Origin: an uncultured Clostridia bacterium
GTDB taxonomy: Bacteria; Bacillota; Clostridia; Christensenellales; Borkfalkiaceae
Length of the DNA: 64,000 nucleotides
Assembly: GCA_947589385.1 (NCBI GenBank)
Contig: CANPZW010000003.1
Location: 50,878 to 114,877 of the forward strand
Direction: 5' to 3'
Numbering within the stretch: the stretch's first letter is position 1; every line of letters starts with the position of its first letter. The position numbers and the translations under genes are program-made. Shown one piece after another: positions 7,144 to 17,358 of this stretch. The notes under the pieces were generated by a model that saw only the letters and a program-made list of their open reading frames with translations, did not search any database and was not told the DNA's origin.

Positions 7144-9000
7144 GTGAAAGGTGAGAAGTCTCAAAAATCCCTGTTCGACAGATTTCATAGCGGAAAGGAA
7201 TATAAAGCGTACGGGTTTTTCGGCTGTCACAGAGCGGGAGATGGAAAATACGTTTTCCGCGTCTGGGCGCCTCATGCCGAAAGCGTTTTATTGGAAGGGT
7301 CGTTCAACGGCTTTACCGGACAGAAAATGAAAAGACTTTCCGACGGTGAATGTTTCGGATTGACTTTATCCGCCAAAAGCGGGGACAAATACCTTTACAG
7401 AATACTGACCCGTGACGGCAGGGAACTTTTGAAATGCGACCCTTACTCATTCCTATACGATATGCGGGGAGAGCCGTGTTCTGTCGTCTATGATTTGCCC
7501 GAACCTGCCGAATATAAGCCGATTTTTGAAAAATCAAGCTATTCAGAGCCGATAAATATCTATGAAGTAAACCTGCTTTCATGGAAAAGGCGGGCGGACG
7601 GCGGCTATCTCGGCTATTCAGGGCTTGAAAAGGAACTTGTGCCCTACGTGAAGAAAATGGGCTATACCCACGTGGAGTTTATGCCCGTCACGGAATTTCC
7701 CTACGACGGCTCGTGGGGGTATCAGGTAACGGGATATTTCTGTCCTACGTCGCGGCTTGGCGCACCCGAAGAATTTCAAAGCCTTATAAACGCCTTTCAT
7801 GCAGAGGGAATAAAGGTAATAATCGACTGGGTGCCCGCGCATTTTCCCAAAGACGATTTCGGGCTGTACGAATTTGACGGCGAGCCGCTTTATGAATCCC
7901 CTTTGTGGGACAGAATGGAACTCGGCGGCTGGGGAACGCGCAGATTCGATTTCGGCAGAGGGGAGATTGACAGCTTTTTACTTTCAAGCGCATACCTGTT
8001 TTTCGACATATACAGGGTTGACGGATTGCGGGTTGACGCCGTCGCTTCGATGCTTTACCTCGATTACGACAGAAAAAACGGAGATTTTACTCCAAACATA
8101 TACGGCGACAACCGTAATTTGCAGGCGATAGAATTTTTGAAAAAATTTAACGCGGTTATAAAGAAAGACTTTCCGGGAGCTTTAACGGTGGCGGAAGAAT
8201 CCACCGCGTTCGCAGGCGTAACCAAAAGCGTGGAAGAGGGCGGGCTCGGCTTCGACTTCAAATGGAATTTGGGCTGGATGAACGATACCCTGTTCTATTG
8301 CAGGCAGGACCCGTATTTCAGAAACCATCACCACGAAAAACTGACCTTTTCGCTTATGTACGCCTTTTCTGAGAGATATATTCTTCCCCTTTCCCACGAC
8401 GAAGTAGTGCACGTGAAAGGCTCTATTTTAAACAAAATGTGGGGGGAATATGCCGATAAATTTTCGGGCGAGAGGTTGTTGCTTGCCTATATGTACGCGC
8501 ACCCCGGCAAAAAACTGTGTTTTATGGGCTACGAAGTTGCGCAGTTTACTGAATGGAATTATAATTCGGGCGTGGAGTTTTTTCTGAAAAAATTCGAAAA
8601 ACACGCAAAAATGACCGTATTCGTACGTTTTCTTAACGTATTTTATAAGAGTTGCAGAGCTTTATATGAGTCCGACGACAGTTGGAAGGGCTTTGAATGG
8701 ATTTCCGTTGACGACAAATTCAACAATTTTCTCGCTTTTTACAGATACTCCGCCGACGGAAACGCGCTGATTTGCGCGGCTAATTTTTCGGGCGTCGATT
8801 TATTCGGCTACGAAATTGGAGTTGAGCGCGGAAAGTACAAGATTGTCCTTAACACCGACGATAAACGGTTCGGGGGTGCGGGAAAGCTGAAAAAAAGAAT
8901 TTTTGTCGCCCGCAATAATAAGGCAAGCCGCGGTAAAGGCTACGCTTTATATTTGGACATACCGAGGCTGACTTGTATGTATATGATAAAAGTAAAATAA
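7144..9000 (+). CDS. glgB: 1,4-alpha-glucan branching enzyme
   Basis: GH13 catalytic motifs ([26 protein letters not shown]). The GTG start has no SD and sits 4 nt after a TATAAT, so the start is uncertain. Confidence 0.92.
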   Translation: MKGEKSQKSLFDRFHSGKEYKAYGFFGCHRAGDGKYVFRVWAPHAESVLLEGSFNGFTGQKMKRLSDGECFGLTLSAKSGDKYLYRILTRDGRELLKCDPYSFLYDMRGEPCSVVYDLPEPAEYKPIFEKSSYSEPINIYEVNLLSWKRRADGGYLGYSGLEKELVPYVKKMGYTHVEFMPVTEFPYDGSWGYQVTGYFCPTSRLGAPEEFQSLINAFHAEGIKVIIDWVPAHFPKDDFGLYEFDGEPLYESPLWDRMELGGWGTRRFDFGRGEIDSFLLSSAYLFFDIYRVDGLRVDAVASMLYLDYDRKNGDFTPNIYGDNRNLQAIEFLKKFNAVIKKDFPGALTVAEESTAFAGVTKSVEEGGLGFDFKWNLGWMNDTLFYCRQDPYFRNHHHEKLTFSLMYAFSERYILPLSHDEVVHVKGSILNKMWGEYADKFSGERLLLAYMYAHPGKKLCFMGYEVAQFTEWNYNSGVEFFLKKFEKHAKMTVFVRFLNVFYKSCRALYESDDSWKGFEWISVDDKFNNFLAFYRYSADGNALICAANFSGVDLFGYEIGVERGKYKIVLNTDDKRFGGAGKLKKRIFVARNNKASRGKGYALYLDIPRLTCMYMIKVK

Positions 9001-9016
9001 ATGGGGGAATACCGCA

Positions 9017-10219
9017 ATGCTAAGAAAAAAGGAATGTGTCGCAATGCTGCTTGCCGGCGGACAGGGGTCAAGGCTGTACGCATTAACAAGCAATATTGCC
9101 AAACCCGCTGTGTCTTTCGGGTCAAAATACAGGATTATAGACTTTCCGCTGTCCAACTGCATAAATTCGGGCATAGATACGGTGGGCGTTCTCACGCAAT
9201 ATCAGCCTCTCGTTCTCAATGAGTACGTCGGCAACGGACAGCCCTGGGACCTTGACAGGACTTTCGGCGGCGTTCATATTCTTTCGCCCTACGAAGCCAA
9301 GACTGATACTTCGTGGTATAAGGGCACGGCTAACGCCATTTATCAGAATATACGGTTCATAAAGATGTACGACCCCGAATACGTACTGATTCTGTCGGGC
9401 GACCACATCTATAAAATGGACTACAATAAAATGCTCAACGCGCACAAGGCGGCAAAGGCGGACTGCACTATCGCGTGTATGCAAGTTCCCATAAAAGAGG
9501 CTTCGAGGTTCGGCATATTAAATACCAACGCCGACGGTTCGATTTACGAATTTGAAGAAAAGCCCAAAAAACCGAAGAGCGACCTCGCCTCCATGGGTAT
9601 ATATATTTTCACGGCTGAAAAGCTGTTCAAGTACCTTGAAGAGGACGACAAAGACCCTTCTTCCGAAAAGGACTTCGGAAAAAATATTCTGCCGAAGATG
9701 CTTGCAGCGGGCGAAAGAATGTTTTCGTACCGCTTCGAGGGCTATTGGAAGGACGTAGGAACGATTACATCGCTGTGGGAAGCGAATATGGATTTGCTCG
9801 GAGTTGTGCCCAACTTCGAACTTACGGACAGGGAAAACGTTATACATTCACGTAGCCCTCTCGCGCCGCCTGCATATGTGGAGGGGGAAGTTATAAATTC
9901 CATAGTCGCTACGGGTTGTGAGGTAGAAGGCAAAGTTTCCAATTCCGTAATAGGAACAAACTGCACTATCGAAAAGGGCGCGGAAGTCAACGACAGCGTG
10001 CTTATGGGCAACATTACGGTGAAATCGGGCGCGAAAATCAATTATTCGATTATAGACGAGGACGTAACCATATGCGAAAAAGCCGTAATCGGCGCGGCAA
10101 GGGAAGATGCGGAAAAGATTGAAAGCAAGACGTCGGGCATAACCGTACTCGGCAGGGGCATATCTGTCGGCAAAGGCGCAAAAGTGCCCGCAGGCGAAAT
10201 AGTGGATAGAAACGTATAG
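9017..10219 (+). CDS. glgC: Glucose-1-phosphate adenylyltransferase, catalytic subunit
   Basis: N-terminus is [11 protein letters not shown]; also [14 protein letters not shown] and a C-terminal left-handed beta-helix. SD is GGGGGAA. Confidence 0.95.
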   Translation: MLRKKECVAMLLAGGQGSRLYALTSNIAKPAVSFGSKYRIIDFPLSNCINSGIDTVGVLTQYQPLVLNEYVGNGQPWDLDRTFGGVHILSPYEAKTDTSWYKGTANAIYQNIRFIKMYDPEYVLILSGDHIYKMDYNKMLNAHKAAKADCTIACMQVPIKEASRFGILNTNADGSIYEFEEKPKKPKSDLASMGIYIFTAEKLFKYLEEDDKDPSSEKDFGKNILPKMLAAGERMFSYRFEGYWKDVGTITSLWEANMDLLGVVPNFELTDRENVIHSRSPLAPPAYVEGEVINSIVATGCEVEGKVSNSVIGTNCTIEKGAEVNDSVLMGNITVKSGAKINYSIIDEDVTICEKAVIGAAREDAEKIESKTSGITVLGRGISVGKGAKVPAGEIVDRNV

Positions 10220-10227
10220 GGGGTTAA

Positions 10228-11337
10228 GTGATGGTTTCCACAGTAGGCGTTATTTTTTCAAGTATAAACGAAGAAGACATCCCCGAGCTGACCAAAGTCC
10301 GCTCGACGGGTTCTATTCCTTTCGGCGGAAGATACCGTCTTGTTGATTTTGCGCTTTCGAATATGGTCAACTCGGGTATAACTACCGTCGGAATGATAAC
10401 CAAAAACAACTACCAGTCGCTTATGGACCATCTCGGTTCGGGCAAATATTGGGACCTTGCGAGAAAGGAGGGAGGTTTGATTTTACTTCCCCCGTACAGC
10501 GGCGAAACCGAAACTCTGTATAAGAACCGCCTCGAAGCGTTGAAAGGGGCGACTTCGTTCATAAAAAAAGCCAACGAGGATTTCGTCATTCTCGCAGACA
10601 GCGACGCCGTTTATAAACTCGATTACAGCAAAGTAATAGAGGCGCACATAAAAAACAACGCGGATATTACCCTTGTTTATCACGAGCACGAAATCGAACG
10701 GTCACATTATTATATTGTTCTCGAAACAGATAAAAACGACAAAATAACAGACGTACAGATTAACCCTACTGCTGGCGGCGTACAAAAGCACTATATGAAC
10801 GTAATGGTAGCGCGTACTTCTTTCCTTTTAAGGACGATACAGAACGCTTTCCAGCATGGCTATACAAGCTTCGGCAGGGACATTTTAAGTCCGGGAGTTA
10901 AAATGTACAATCTGTATGCTTATAAATTCGACGGTTATTATGCCAACATAAATTCCCTGAAAGCCTATTTCAACGCAAATATGGATTTGCTGAAAAAGGA
11001 AGTCCGCCACGAAATTTACGGCGACAGGTCGATTTATACGAAGGTCAACGACAGCGCGCCTGCCAAATTTGCCGATACCGCGGTCGTCAAAAACTCACTA
11101 GTGTCGGACGGCTGTATTATCGAGGGCACGGTTGAAAACTGCGTCCTTTTCCGCGGCGTCAAAATAGGCAAGGGCGCCGTCGTTAAAAATTGCGTGCTTA
11201 TGACAGACAATATCGTAGGCGAAAACTGCAATCTTTCATACGTAGTCAGCGACAAAAATTCCGTAATACGTGACAACAGGGTGCTTGCGGGATGCGAAAT
11301 CCAGCCTTATTTCATAAATAAAGGCTCGCTGATTTAA
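10228..11337 (+). CDS. glgD: Glucose-1-phosphate adenylyltransferase, GlgD regulatory subunit
   Basis: GlgC paralogue lacking the GGxGxRL loop (FGGRYRLVDFALSN). It sits in the glgC-glgD-glgA position as in Bacillus. ATG at 10231 is the more likely start. Confidence 0.85.
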   Translation: MMVSTVGVIFSSINEEDIPELTKVRSTGSIPFGGRYRLVDFALSNMVNSGITTVGMITKNNYQSLMDHLGSGKYWDLARKEGGLILLPPYSGETETLYKNRLEALKGATSFIKKANEDFVILADSDAVYKLDYSKVIEAHIKNNADITLVYHEHEIERSHYYIVLETDKNDKITDVQINPTAGGVQKHYMNVMVARTSFLLRTIQNAFQHGYTSFGRDILSPGVKMYNLYAYKFDGYYANINSLKAYFNANMDLLKKEVRHEIYGDRSIYTKVNDSAPAKFADTAVVKNSLVSDGCIIEGTVENCVLFRGVKIGKGAVVKNCVLMTDNIVGENCNLSYVVSDKNSVIRDNRVLAGCEIQPYFINKGSLI

Positions 11338-11358
11338 GAAAATTATCGGAGGAAGTTT

Positions 11359-12813
11359 ATGGCTTCAAAACAAGCTGCTTCGGCAATCAAGCCCGCGGAC
11401 AGAAAGAAAATCCTGTTCGTGGCGTCGGAATCAACGCCTTTTATCGCGACAGGCGGACTTGCCGAAGTCATAGGTTCTCTTTCAAAAACCCTCGCCGCGA
11501 CAGACAGATATGACGTAAGGGTGGTGATACCCCTGTATTCGGACATAAAAGCCGAGTATAGGGAGCATTTCAATTACCTCGGAAATCTCTATGTGCATCT
11601 CGCCTGGCGCAACCAGTATTGCGGCGTATTCGAATATGTGCAAGAGGGCGTAACGTTCTACTTTATCGACAACGAATTTTACTTCAAACGCCCCGGCTGC
11701 TATGGATATTTCGACGACGGCGAAAGATTTGCTTTCTTCTGCAAAAGCGTACTCGAAATAATGCCTTTCCTTAATTTTTATCCCGACGTCATGCACTGTC
11801 ACGACTGGCAGGCGGCGCTTGCGGCTATTTATTTAAAGACAAACTACTGTTTTAAACCCGAATATCAGTATATAAGGGCGCTTTTCACGATTCACAACAT
11901 AGAGTACCAGGGGCGATATTCGCTTGATTTACTCAACGATTTATTTGATATTTTCGGCGGTTACCGCAATATTGTAGAATACAATAACTGTATCAATCTG
12001 ATGAAAGGCGCCATAGAATGTTGCGAAAGGTTTTCTACGGTCAGTCCGAGATACGCGGAAGAAATCAAAAACGAATATTACGCTCACGGGCTCGACAGTA
12101 TCATAAGGAATAACGAGTTTAAGCTGACGGGAATTTTAAACGGCATAGACGAAAGCTACAATCCCAAAACCGATACGCATATTTTCGCGAATTTCTCGGC
12201 GGACGATTTTTCAAACAAAGCAATATGCAAGCGTGAATTACAGAAGATGCTGAATTTGCCCGAAAAACCGCGTACGCCCATTATTTCAATGGTATCGAGA
12301 CTTGTTTCCCATAAGGGATTGGACTTGGTTACGGCGGTTATAGAGGAACTGTTGCAGGACGACGTCCAGATTGTCGTTTTGGGCACGGGCGATTCGCACT
12401 TCGAAGGCTTCTTCCGGGATTTGGCTAACAGATATCCCGATAAATTCAGCGCGAACATTGTATTCAGCGGTGACTTGTCAAGAAAAATTTATTCCGGCTC
12501 GGATATTTTCCTTATGCCGTCAAAATCCGAACCGTGCGGACTGTCGCAAATGATAGCCTGCCGCTACGGAACAATACCCGTAGTCAGGGAAACGGGCGGT
12601 CTTTACGACAGCATCAAACCGTGCCAAAACGGCTATACTTTTGCAAACTACAACGCGCACGATATGCTGTATGTTATACGCGAGGCGTGTGCGGATTATC
12701 AAAACAAGGGAACTTGGGAAAAACTTATGTATAGGGCGGCAACAACCGATTTCAGTTGGATGCGTTCAGCAAAAGATTACGAAAATCTCTACTTAAATAT
12801 GCTTAAAAACTAA
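11359..12813 (+). CDS. glgA: Glycogen synthase (ADP-glucose type)
   Basis: ILFVASESTPFIATGGLAEV N-terminus, i.e. the KTGGL-type motif. Also PSKSEPCGLSQM. Confidence 0.95.
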   Translation: MASKQAASAIKPADRKKILFVASESTPFIATGGLAEVIGSLSKTLAATDRYDVRVVIPLYSDIKAEYREHFNYLGNLYVHLAWRNQYCGVFEYVQEGVTFYFIDNEFYFKRPGCYGYFDDGERFAFFCKSVLEIMPFLNFYPDVMHCHDWQAALAAIYLKTNYCFKPEYQYIRALFTIHNIEYQGRYSLDLLNDLFDIFGGYRNIVEYNNCINLMKGAIECCERFSTVSPRYAEEIKNEYYAHGLDSIIRNNEFKLTGILNGIDESYNPKTDTHIFANFSADDFSNKAICKRELQKMLNLPEKPRTPIISMVSRLVSHKGLDLVTAVIEELLQDDVQIVVLGTGDSHFEGFFRDLANRYPDKFSANIVFSGDLSRKIYSGSDIFLMPSKSEPCGLSQMIACRYGTIPVVRETGGLYDSIKPCQNGYTFANYNAHDMLYVIREACADYQNKGTWEKLMYRAATTDFSWMRSAKDYENLYLNMLKN

Positions 12814-12834
12814 ACTATAAACCGGAGAAAATAA

Positions 12835-15282
12835 ATGAGTAGCAGTTCAATTAACGAAAAAGAAGTCAAGGAACAGATAAACGGCAAGCTTGCAAGGTAT
12901 TTCGGCGTTTCGCCTTCCGAAGCTTCGAGAGACCAGATTTATAAATCTGTCGTTATGGTGGTAAGGGATATCTTGCTGCAAAAACGTCAGGAATTTCATA
13001 ATAAAGTCAAAGCTAAGCGCGCCAAAAGGGTTTATTACCTATGTATGGAATTTCTTCTCGGCCGCTCGCTTAAAAACAGTCTGTATAATCTGAATTTGGT
13101 TACCGTTTTTGAAAAGGCGGTATCTTCGTACGGACTTAAAATCGAAGATTTATACGAATCGGAACCTGACGCCGGACTCGGAAACGGTGGTTTGGGCAGG
13201 TTGGCGGCTTGTTATCTTGATGCGCTTGCAACGGGCAATTATCCCGCAATGGGATTTTCTCTCAGATACGAGTTTGGCTTATTCAAACAAAAAATAGTTG
13301 ACGGCTGGCAAATAGAACTGCCGGACGTTTGGCTTCCGGGCGGAGAAGTATGGCTTACCCAAAGGACGGACAAAAATTTCATAGTACGCTTTAACGGGCA
13401 GGTGAACGAACACTGGACCGAAAGCGGGCTGCAAACAAGCTATGTCAACTGCACCGAAATCCAAGCGGTGGCGTACGACTTAATGGTATCGGGCAAAAAC
13501 AGCGAAGCGGTGTCTGTTTTAAGGCTTTGGAAAGCGAAGGCGACGCAGGACTTCAACATGAAGCTGTTCTCGCAGGGGCAATACTACCAGGCGCTTACCA
13601 ACGATACGGACGCAGACCTTCTGACCAAAGTTCTATATCCTTCGGACAACCACAGCGCGGGTAAATCCCTGCGGCTCAAACAGCAGTATTTCCTGTGCTC
13701 GGCGTCGATTCAGAACATAGTGGAGGACCATAAGCACAGATACGGCGATTTGCGCGATTTGCCTAAATTCGCGGCAATCCATTTGAACGATACGCATCCC
13801 GCAATGGCAATCCCCGAGCTTATGAGGATTCTTATCGATGAATATTATTACGATTGGAACCAAGCTTGGGCGATTACGACTGCGACCTGCGCATATACAA
13901 ACCATACGGTGCTTGCGGAAGCGCTGGAAACCTGGAACCAGGATTTGGTGGAGAGAACGATTCCGAGAATCCATACGATTATAAAGGAAATCAACAGAAG
14001 GCTCTGCGAGGAGTTATGGACGAGATTTCCCGGCGAGTGGGCTAAAATTTCGCGTATGTCGATAATCGAGCACGACCGCATAAAGATGGCAAATTTAGCC
14101 GTATATGGCAGTCACAGCGTAAACGGAGTTTCAAAGCTACACAGCGAAATTATAAAGACGTCCATTTTTAAGGATTTTAACGACTTTACGCCGGAAAAAT
14201 TCAAAAACGTCACAAACGGCATTGCGCACAGGCGTTGGCTTAATCAATCCAACCCCGAGCTTGCAGGGCTTTTGAACGAATGTATTGGCGATTCTTATAT
14301 TCTGGACGCCGCAGCGCTTTCAGGATTTAAGAAATTCGAAAACGATAAATCTGTTCTGAACCGTCTTGAAGAAATAAAGCTTCTTAAAAAGAAACAATTT
14401 GCCGAATATGCAAAAAAGAAACAAGGCATAATCATAAATCCCGAAACTTTATTCGACGTGCAGGCAAAGCGCCTTCATGAGTACAAACGGCAGCTTCTCA
14501 ACGTTTTGAATATAATCGACGCATACCTCGATTTCCAGGATAATCCCGATATGAACGTTCTCCCGAAAACCTATATTTTCGGCGCTAAGGCGGCGGCGGG
14601 CTACGATATGGCTAAGAAAATTATCCAGCTAATCAATTATCTCGCCGAAGAAATCAAACAAAATCCCAAAATCAATGAAAAGCTGAATGTAGTCTATATG
14701 GAAGATTATAACGTCACCATGGCAGAAAAGCTGATGCCGGCGTCTGAGATTTCCGAACAAATTTCTCTTGCTGGCAAGGAAGCAAGCGGCACGGGCAATA
14801 TGAAGTTTATGATAAACGGAGCATTGACGATAGGCACGCTTGACGGGGCGAATGTTGAGATTGCCGAAGCGGTCGGTGAAGAAAATATCTTCATTTTCGG
14901 TTTAAAATCAAACGAAGTTGACGAAATTTGGCGCAACGGTTACAGTTCAAGCAAGTTCTATAACGAATCTCCCAAATTAAGAAGAATTATCGAGGCGTTG
15001 ATTATAGGCTTCAACGGAATGTCCTTTGCGGAAATCGCGAATTATCTTTTGACGGGTTCACCTGTCGCCGACCCGTATATGTGTATGGCTGATTTCGCGG
15101 CTTACACAAATAAACAGCACGAAATTTCCGAAATCTACCTGAAAGATAAATTCAGATGGAATCAAATGTCGCTCAGAAATATTGCCTCCGCAGGTTACTT
15201 TTCGGCAGACAGAAGTATAAGAGAATACGCGGAAAATATATGGAATCTTAAAAGCGTAGTCCAAAGAAACGAAAACAAATAA
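12835..15282 (+). CDS. glgP: Glycogen/maltodextrin phosphorylase
   Basis: GT35 family. Has the PLP-lysine motif EASGTGNMKFMINGA. Length is 815 aa. Confidence 0.95.
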   Translation: MSSSSINEKEVKEQINGKLARYFGVSPSEASRDQIYKSVVMVVRDILLQKRQEFHNKVKAKRAKRVYYLCMEFLLGRSLKNSLYNLNLVTVFEKAVSSYGLKIEDLYESEPDAGLGNGGLGRLAACYLDALATGNYPAMGFSLRYEFGLFKQKIVDGWQIELPDVWLPGGEVWLTQRTDKNFIVRFNGQVNEHWTESGLQTSYVNCTEIQAVAYDLMVSGKNSEAVSVLRLWKAKATQDFNMKLFSQGQYYQALTNDTDADLLTKVLYPSDNHSAGKSLRLKQQYFLCSASIQNIVEDHKHRYGDLRDLPKFAAIHLNDTHPAMAIPELMRILIDEYYYDWNQAWAITTATCAYTNHTVLAEALETWNQDLVERTIPRIHTIIKEINRRLCEELWTRFPGEWAKISRMSIIEHDRIKMANLAVYGSHSVNGVSKLHSEIIKTSIFKDFNDFTPEKFKNVTNGIAHRRWLNQSNPELAGLLNECIGDSYILDAAALSGFKKFENDKSVLNRLEEIKLLKKKQFAEYAKKKQGIIINPETLFDVQAKRLHEYKRQLLNVLNIIDAYLDFQDNPDMNVLPKTYIFGAKAAAGYDMAKKIIQLINYLAEEIKQNPKINEKLNVVYMEDYNVTMAEKLMPASEISEQISLAGKEASGTGNMKFMINGALTIGTLDGANVEIAEAVGEENIFIFGLKSNEVDEIWRNGYSSSKFYNESPKLRRIIEALIIGFNGMSFAEIANYLLTGSPVADPYMCMADFAAYTNKQHEISEIYLKDKFRWNQMSLRNIASAGYFSADRSIREYAENIWNLKSVVQRNENK

Positions 15283-15309
15283 AACATTTTAAAAGAACGT
15301 CGAGATTTA

Positions 15310-15343
15310 CGCAAAAACAAGGCAATTTTGCCTTGTTTTTGCG
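15310..15343 (+). terminator. Intrinsic terminator of the glg operon
   Basis: 16-bp stem CGCAAAAACAAGGCAA-tt-TTGCCTTGTTTTTGCG with a T-rich 3' side. Confidence 0.8.
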
Positions 15344-15395
15344 TATTATGTCAGACATAATACGTAGATTTTAATGTTTTATAGTTAAAATCTAC
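15342..15395. repeat. Two further back-to-back palindromes after the glg terminator
   Basis: CGTATTATGTC-a-GACATAATACG (15342-15364) and GTAGATTTTAA-n10-TTAAAATCTAC (15364-15395). Confidence 0.8.
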
Positions 15396-15648
15396 GGCTT
15401 GCGATATAAAAAGGCGACTGCAAAAACCTTAAAATTGTAAAATGACCTCTTAATACAAAAAATAACCGTTGCAGTTTATTAAAGTTTGTAATTTTGGCGT
15501 TTTTTCGGACTGTCAAAAATTACATTAAGAAATATTTTGAATGTAGATTTGATTTATTTCTAAAAACCTAATAGATAATTTACAGGTTATTTAAATATTT
15601 TAAGAAACGACCTAACAATTAAAAGCTTTAAAATTGCTAAAAAATAGC

Positions 15649-15694
15649 CCAACACTTCGTAAAAGCTGTGTTTTACGAAGTGTTGGATTTTTTT
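15649..15694 (+). terminator. Orphan strong terminator inside the AT-rich ORF-less island
   Basis: CCAACACTTCGTAAAA-gctgtg-TTTTACGAAGTGTTGG followed by ATTTTTTT. No annotated gene lies upstream of it. Confidence 0.7.
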
Positions 15695-15969
15695 AACCCA
15701 CCGCCATTAAACATTATTGGATGCATAAAAAGAAAACGACACGTAACATTTTACGCCTTCCATAGTGTAATTTTTATTTTAGTCCAACATTCTTTACTTT
15801 AACGGGAACTTATGTAGGTGGTATTTTTAAAATTATGTTTGTTGGGAAATGTTGCAGCAATTACTTCTTTTCGGTACTTAATCAAAACTAGTAATATTTA
15901 AATTGCTTAAAACCCTTGAAGCTAAAATGGATATTAAAAAAACGTTTGGGTATTACCCTTATTCTGCTG

Positions 15970-15998
15970 TTGACTAAAAAAAAATAATGATTTATAAT
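15970..15998 (+). promoter_or_regulatory. Consensus sigma-A promoter (TTGACT-N17-TATAAT) abutting the recombinase start codon
   Basis: The -10 ends 7 nt before ATG 16006 (4 nt before GTG 16003) and there is no SD. This implies a leaderless mRNA. Confidence 0.6.
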
Positions 15999-16002
15999 TT
16001 AT

Positions 16003-17058
16003 GTGATGAGTGCAAATTATTACGTTGACAGGAACAATAAAAATCTTGAAACAATCGAACGGCTTTTGGACGAATCTCTCCCACCGTTTTGCGGCGATTA
16101 TTTTCTTGCGATTGACAGTCAGACTTCTACCCTCACGCGGTTGAATTACGCCCATGATTTGAAGATTTTTTTCTATTTTTTGCAGGAAAAAAAGTTCAGA
16201 AAATCAAAATTCGTAAAAGATTTTACCCTCGACGACATGGAAACCGTAACAAGCACAGACATCGAGTATTTTTTAAGCTATCTGTCGCACTACGTTTACG
16301 ACGGCAAGGAACATTCCTGCAACGACCGTGCAAAGGCGCGTAAGCTGTCTTCGGTCCGCGCCTTGTTCAAATTTTTATTCAACAAAGGCTATATTTCGGT
16401 TGATAATTCCGCAAAGGTTTCAACGCCTAAACTTCATGAGAAGCCGATAATTCGCCTTGACGGCGATGAAGTGTTCGGCATAATCGACGTGGCGGAAAGC
16501 GGCTGCGGGCTTACCACCCACCAAAAAGCTTACCATGAAAAAACACGCGTGCGCGACAGCGCCATTCTGACATTGTTTTTGGGAACGGGAATACGTATAA
16601 GCGAGCTTGTCGGGCTTAACAATGAGGATATAAATTTTAAGGATAATTCCTTTATCGTTACCCGCAAGGGCGGCGGAAAATCCATACTTTATTTTGACGA
16701 CGTAGTTGCGGAAGCCCTTAAACGCTATATGGAATATAAAGAAAACAACGCCGAAAATCTTTCTGAAACTACGGCGCTGTTCGTATCCAACAATAAAAAG
16801 AGAATCACTGTGCGCGCGGTAGAAAATCTTGTGCAGAAATACGCTAAAATCGTATCCCCACTCAAAAAAATTTCCCCGCATAAATTACGTTCAACCTACG
16901 GCACGCAACTTTATAAAGCGACTGGCGATATCTACATAGTCGCCGACGTGCTGGGGCACAAGGACGTAAACACCACCCGCAAGCATTACGCCGCAATCTC
17001 AGACGACAACCGGCGCGGCGTGGTCGGAAAAGTAAAATTGAAGCGCGACGACGATTGA
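16003..17058 (+). CDS. Tyrosine site-specific recombinase, XerS/XerC-like
   Basis: C-terminal catalytic residues (..ISPHKLRSTYGTQLY.., LGHKDVNTTRKHY), TRKGGGK, and an N-terminal SAM-like domain. At 351 aa, its length and motif layout resemble single-recombinase XerS. Confidence 0.85.
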   Translation: MMSANYYVDRNNKNLETIERLLDESLPPFCGDYFLAIDSQTSTLTRLNYAHDLKIFFYFLQEKKFRKSKFVKDFTLDDMETVTSTDIEYFLSYLSHYVYDGKEHSCNDRAKARKLSSVRALFKFLFNKGYISVDNSAKVSTPKLHEKPIIRLDGDEVFGIIDVAESGCGLTTHQKAYHEKTRVRDSAILTLFLGTGIRISELVGLNNEDINFKDNSFIVTRKGGGKSILYFDDVVAEALKRYMEYKENNAENLSETTALFVSNNKKRITVRAVENLVQKYAKIVSPLKKISPHKLRSTYGTQLYKATGDIYIVADVLGHKDVNTTRKHYAAISDDNRRGVVGKVKLKRDDD

Positions 17059-17062
17059 ATGT

Positions 17063-17245
17063 TTAATTCTTGTCTTGGTCGATTATTATCTTATCTATCT
17101 TAATCACTGCGTCGTCGCGTATATCAAGACACTTTCCGCAGTTATCGCATATCTTGTTTGGGTCAAGGTCGCAGATTTCACATTCCATGCACCCTATACA
17201 TTTTCTGTCGTAAAGCACGCAGTCTTTCTCACCAAATTCTTTCAT
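17063..17245 (-). CDS. Small (60 aa) 8-cysteine protein, function unknown
   Basis: Cys pattern C-x6-CxxCxxCxxC-x7-CxxCxxC. Divergent from lexA. No SD; a TATAAT ends 6 nt before the ATG, so it may be leaderless. Confidence 0.45.
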   Translation of the reverse strand: MKEFGEKDCVLYDRKCIGCMECEICDLDPNKICDNCGKCLDIRDDAVIKIDKIIIDQDKN

Positions 17246-17291
17246 AATAATATTATATCACTTTTTTCAAAAATTTCAATGTAAATTTTAT

Positions 17292-17329
17292 GAACAGATG
17301 TTTGATTTTTATTTAAACATATGTTACAA
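17292..17329. promoter_or_regulatory. Two Cheo-type LexA boxes overlapping the lexA promoter
   Basis: GAACagatGTTT (17292-17303) and AAACatatGTTA (17315-17326) compared with the consensus GAAC-N4-GTTC. The promoter is TTGATT (17301)-N17-TACAAT (17324). Confidence 0.7.
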
Positions 17330-17358
17330 TAAAGTTACAGAAAAATTTGAGGAATTTT

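Noticed and set aside
7134-7146. glgB as a third leaderless gene (TATAAT 4 nt before GTG 7144, no SD)
   Set aside because: The spacing is too short for a standard transcription start at the start codon, and no -35 is found at 17 nt. The true start or promoter of glgB cannot be fixed from the sequence alone, so no claim is made.
15816-15845. Possible dif-like site (..GGTGGTATTTTTAAAATTATGTTTGTT..) near the Xer-like gene
   Set aside because: Only the TTATGTT half resembles a XerD arm. The left arm lacks the complementary ..CATAA, and the match to the streptococcal difSL consensus is also poor. I cannot call it without a genome-wide GC-skew or terminus analysis.
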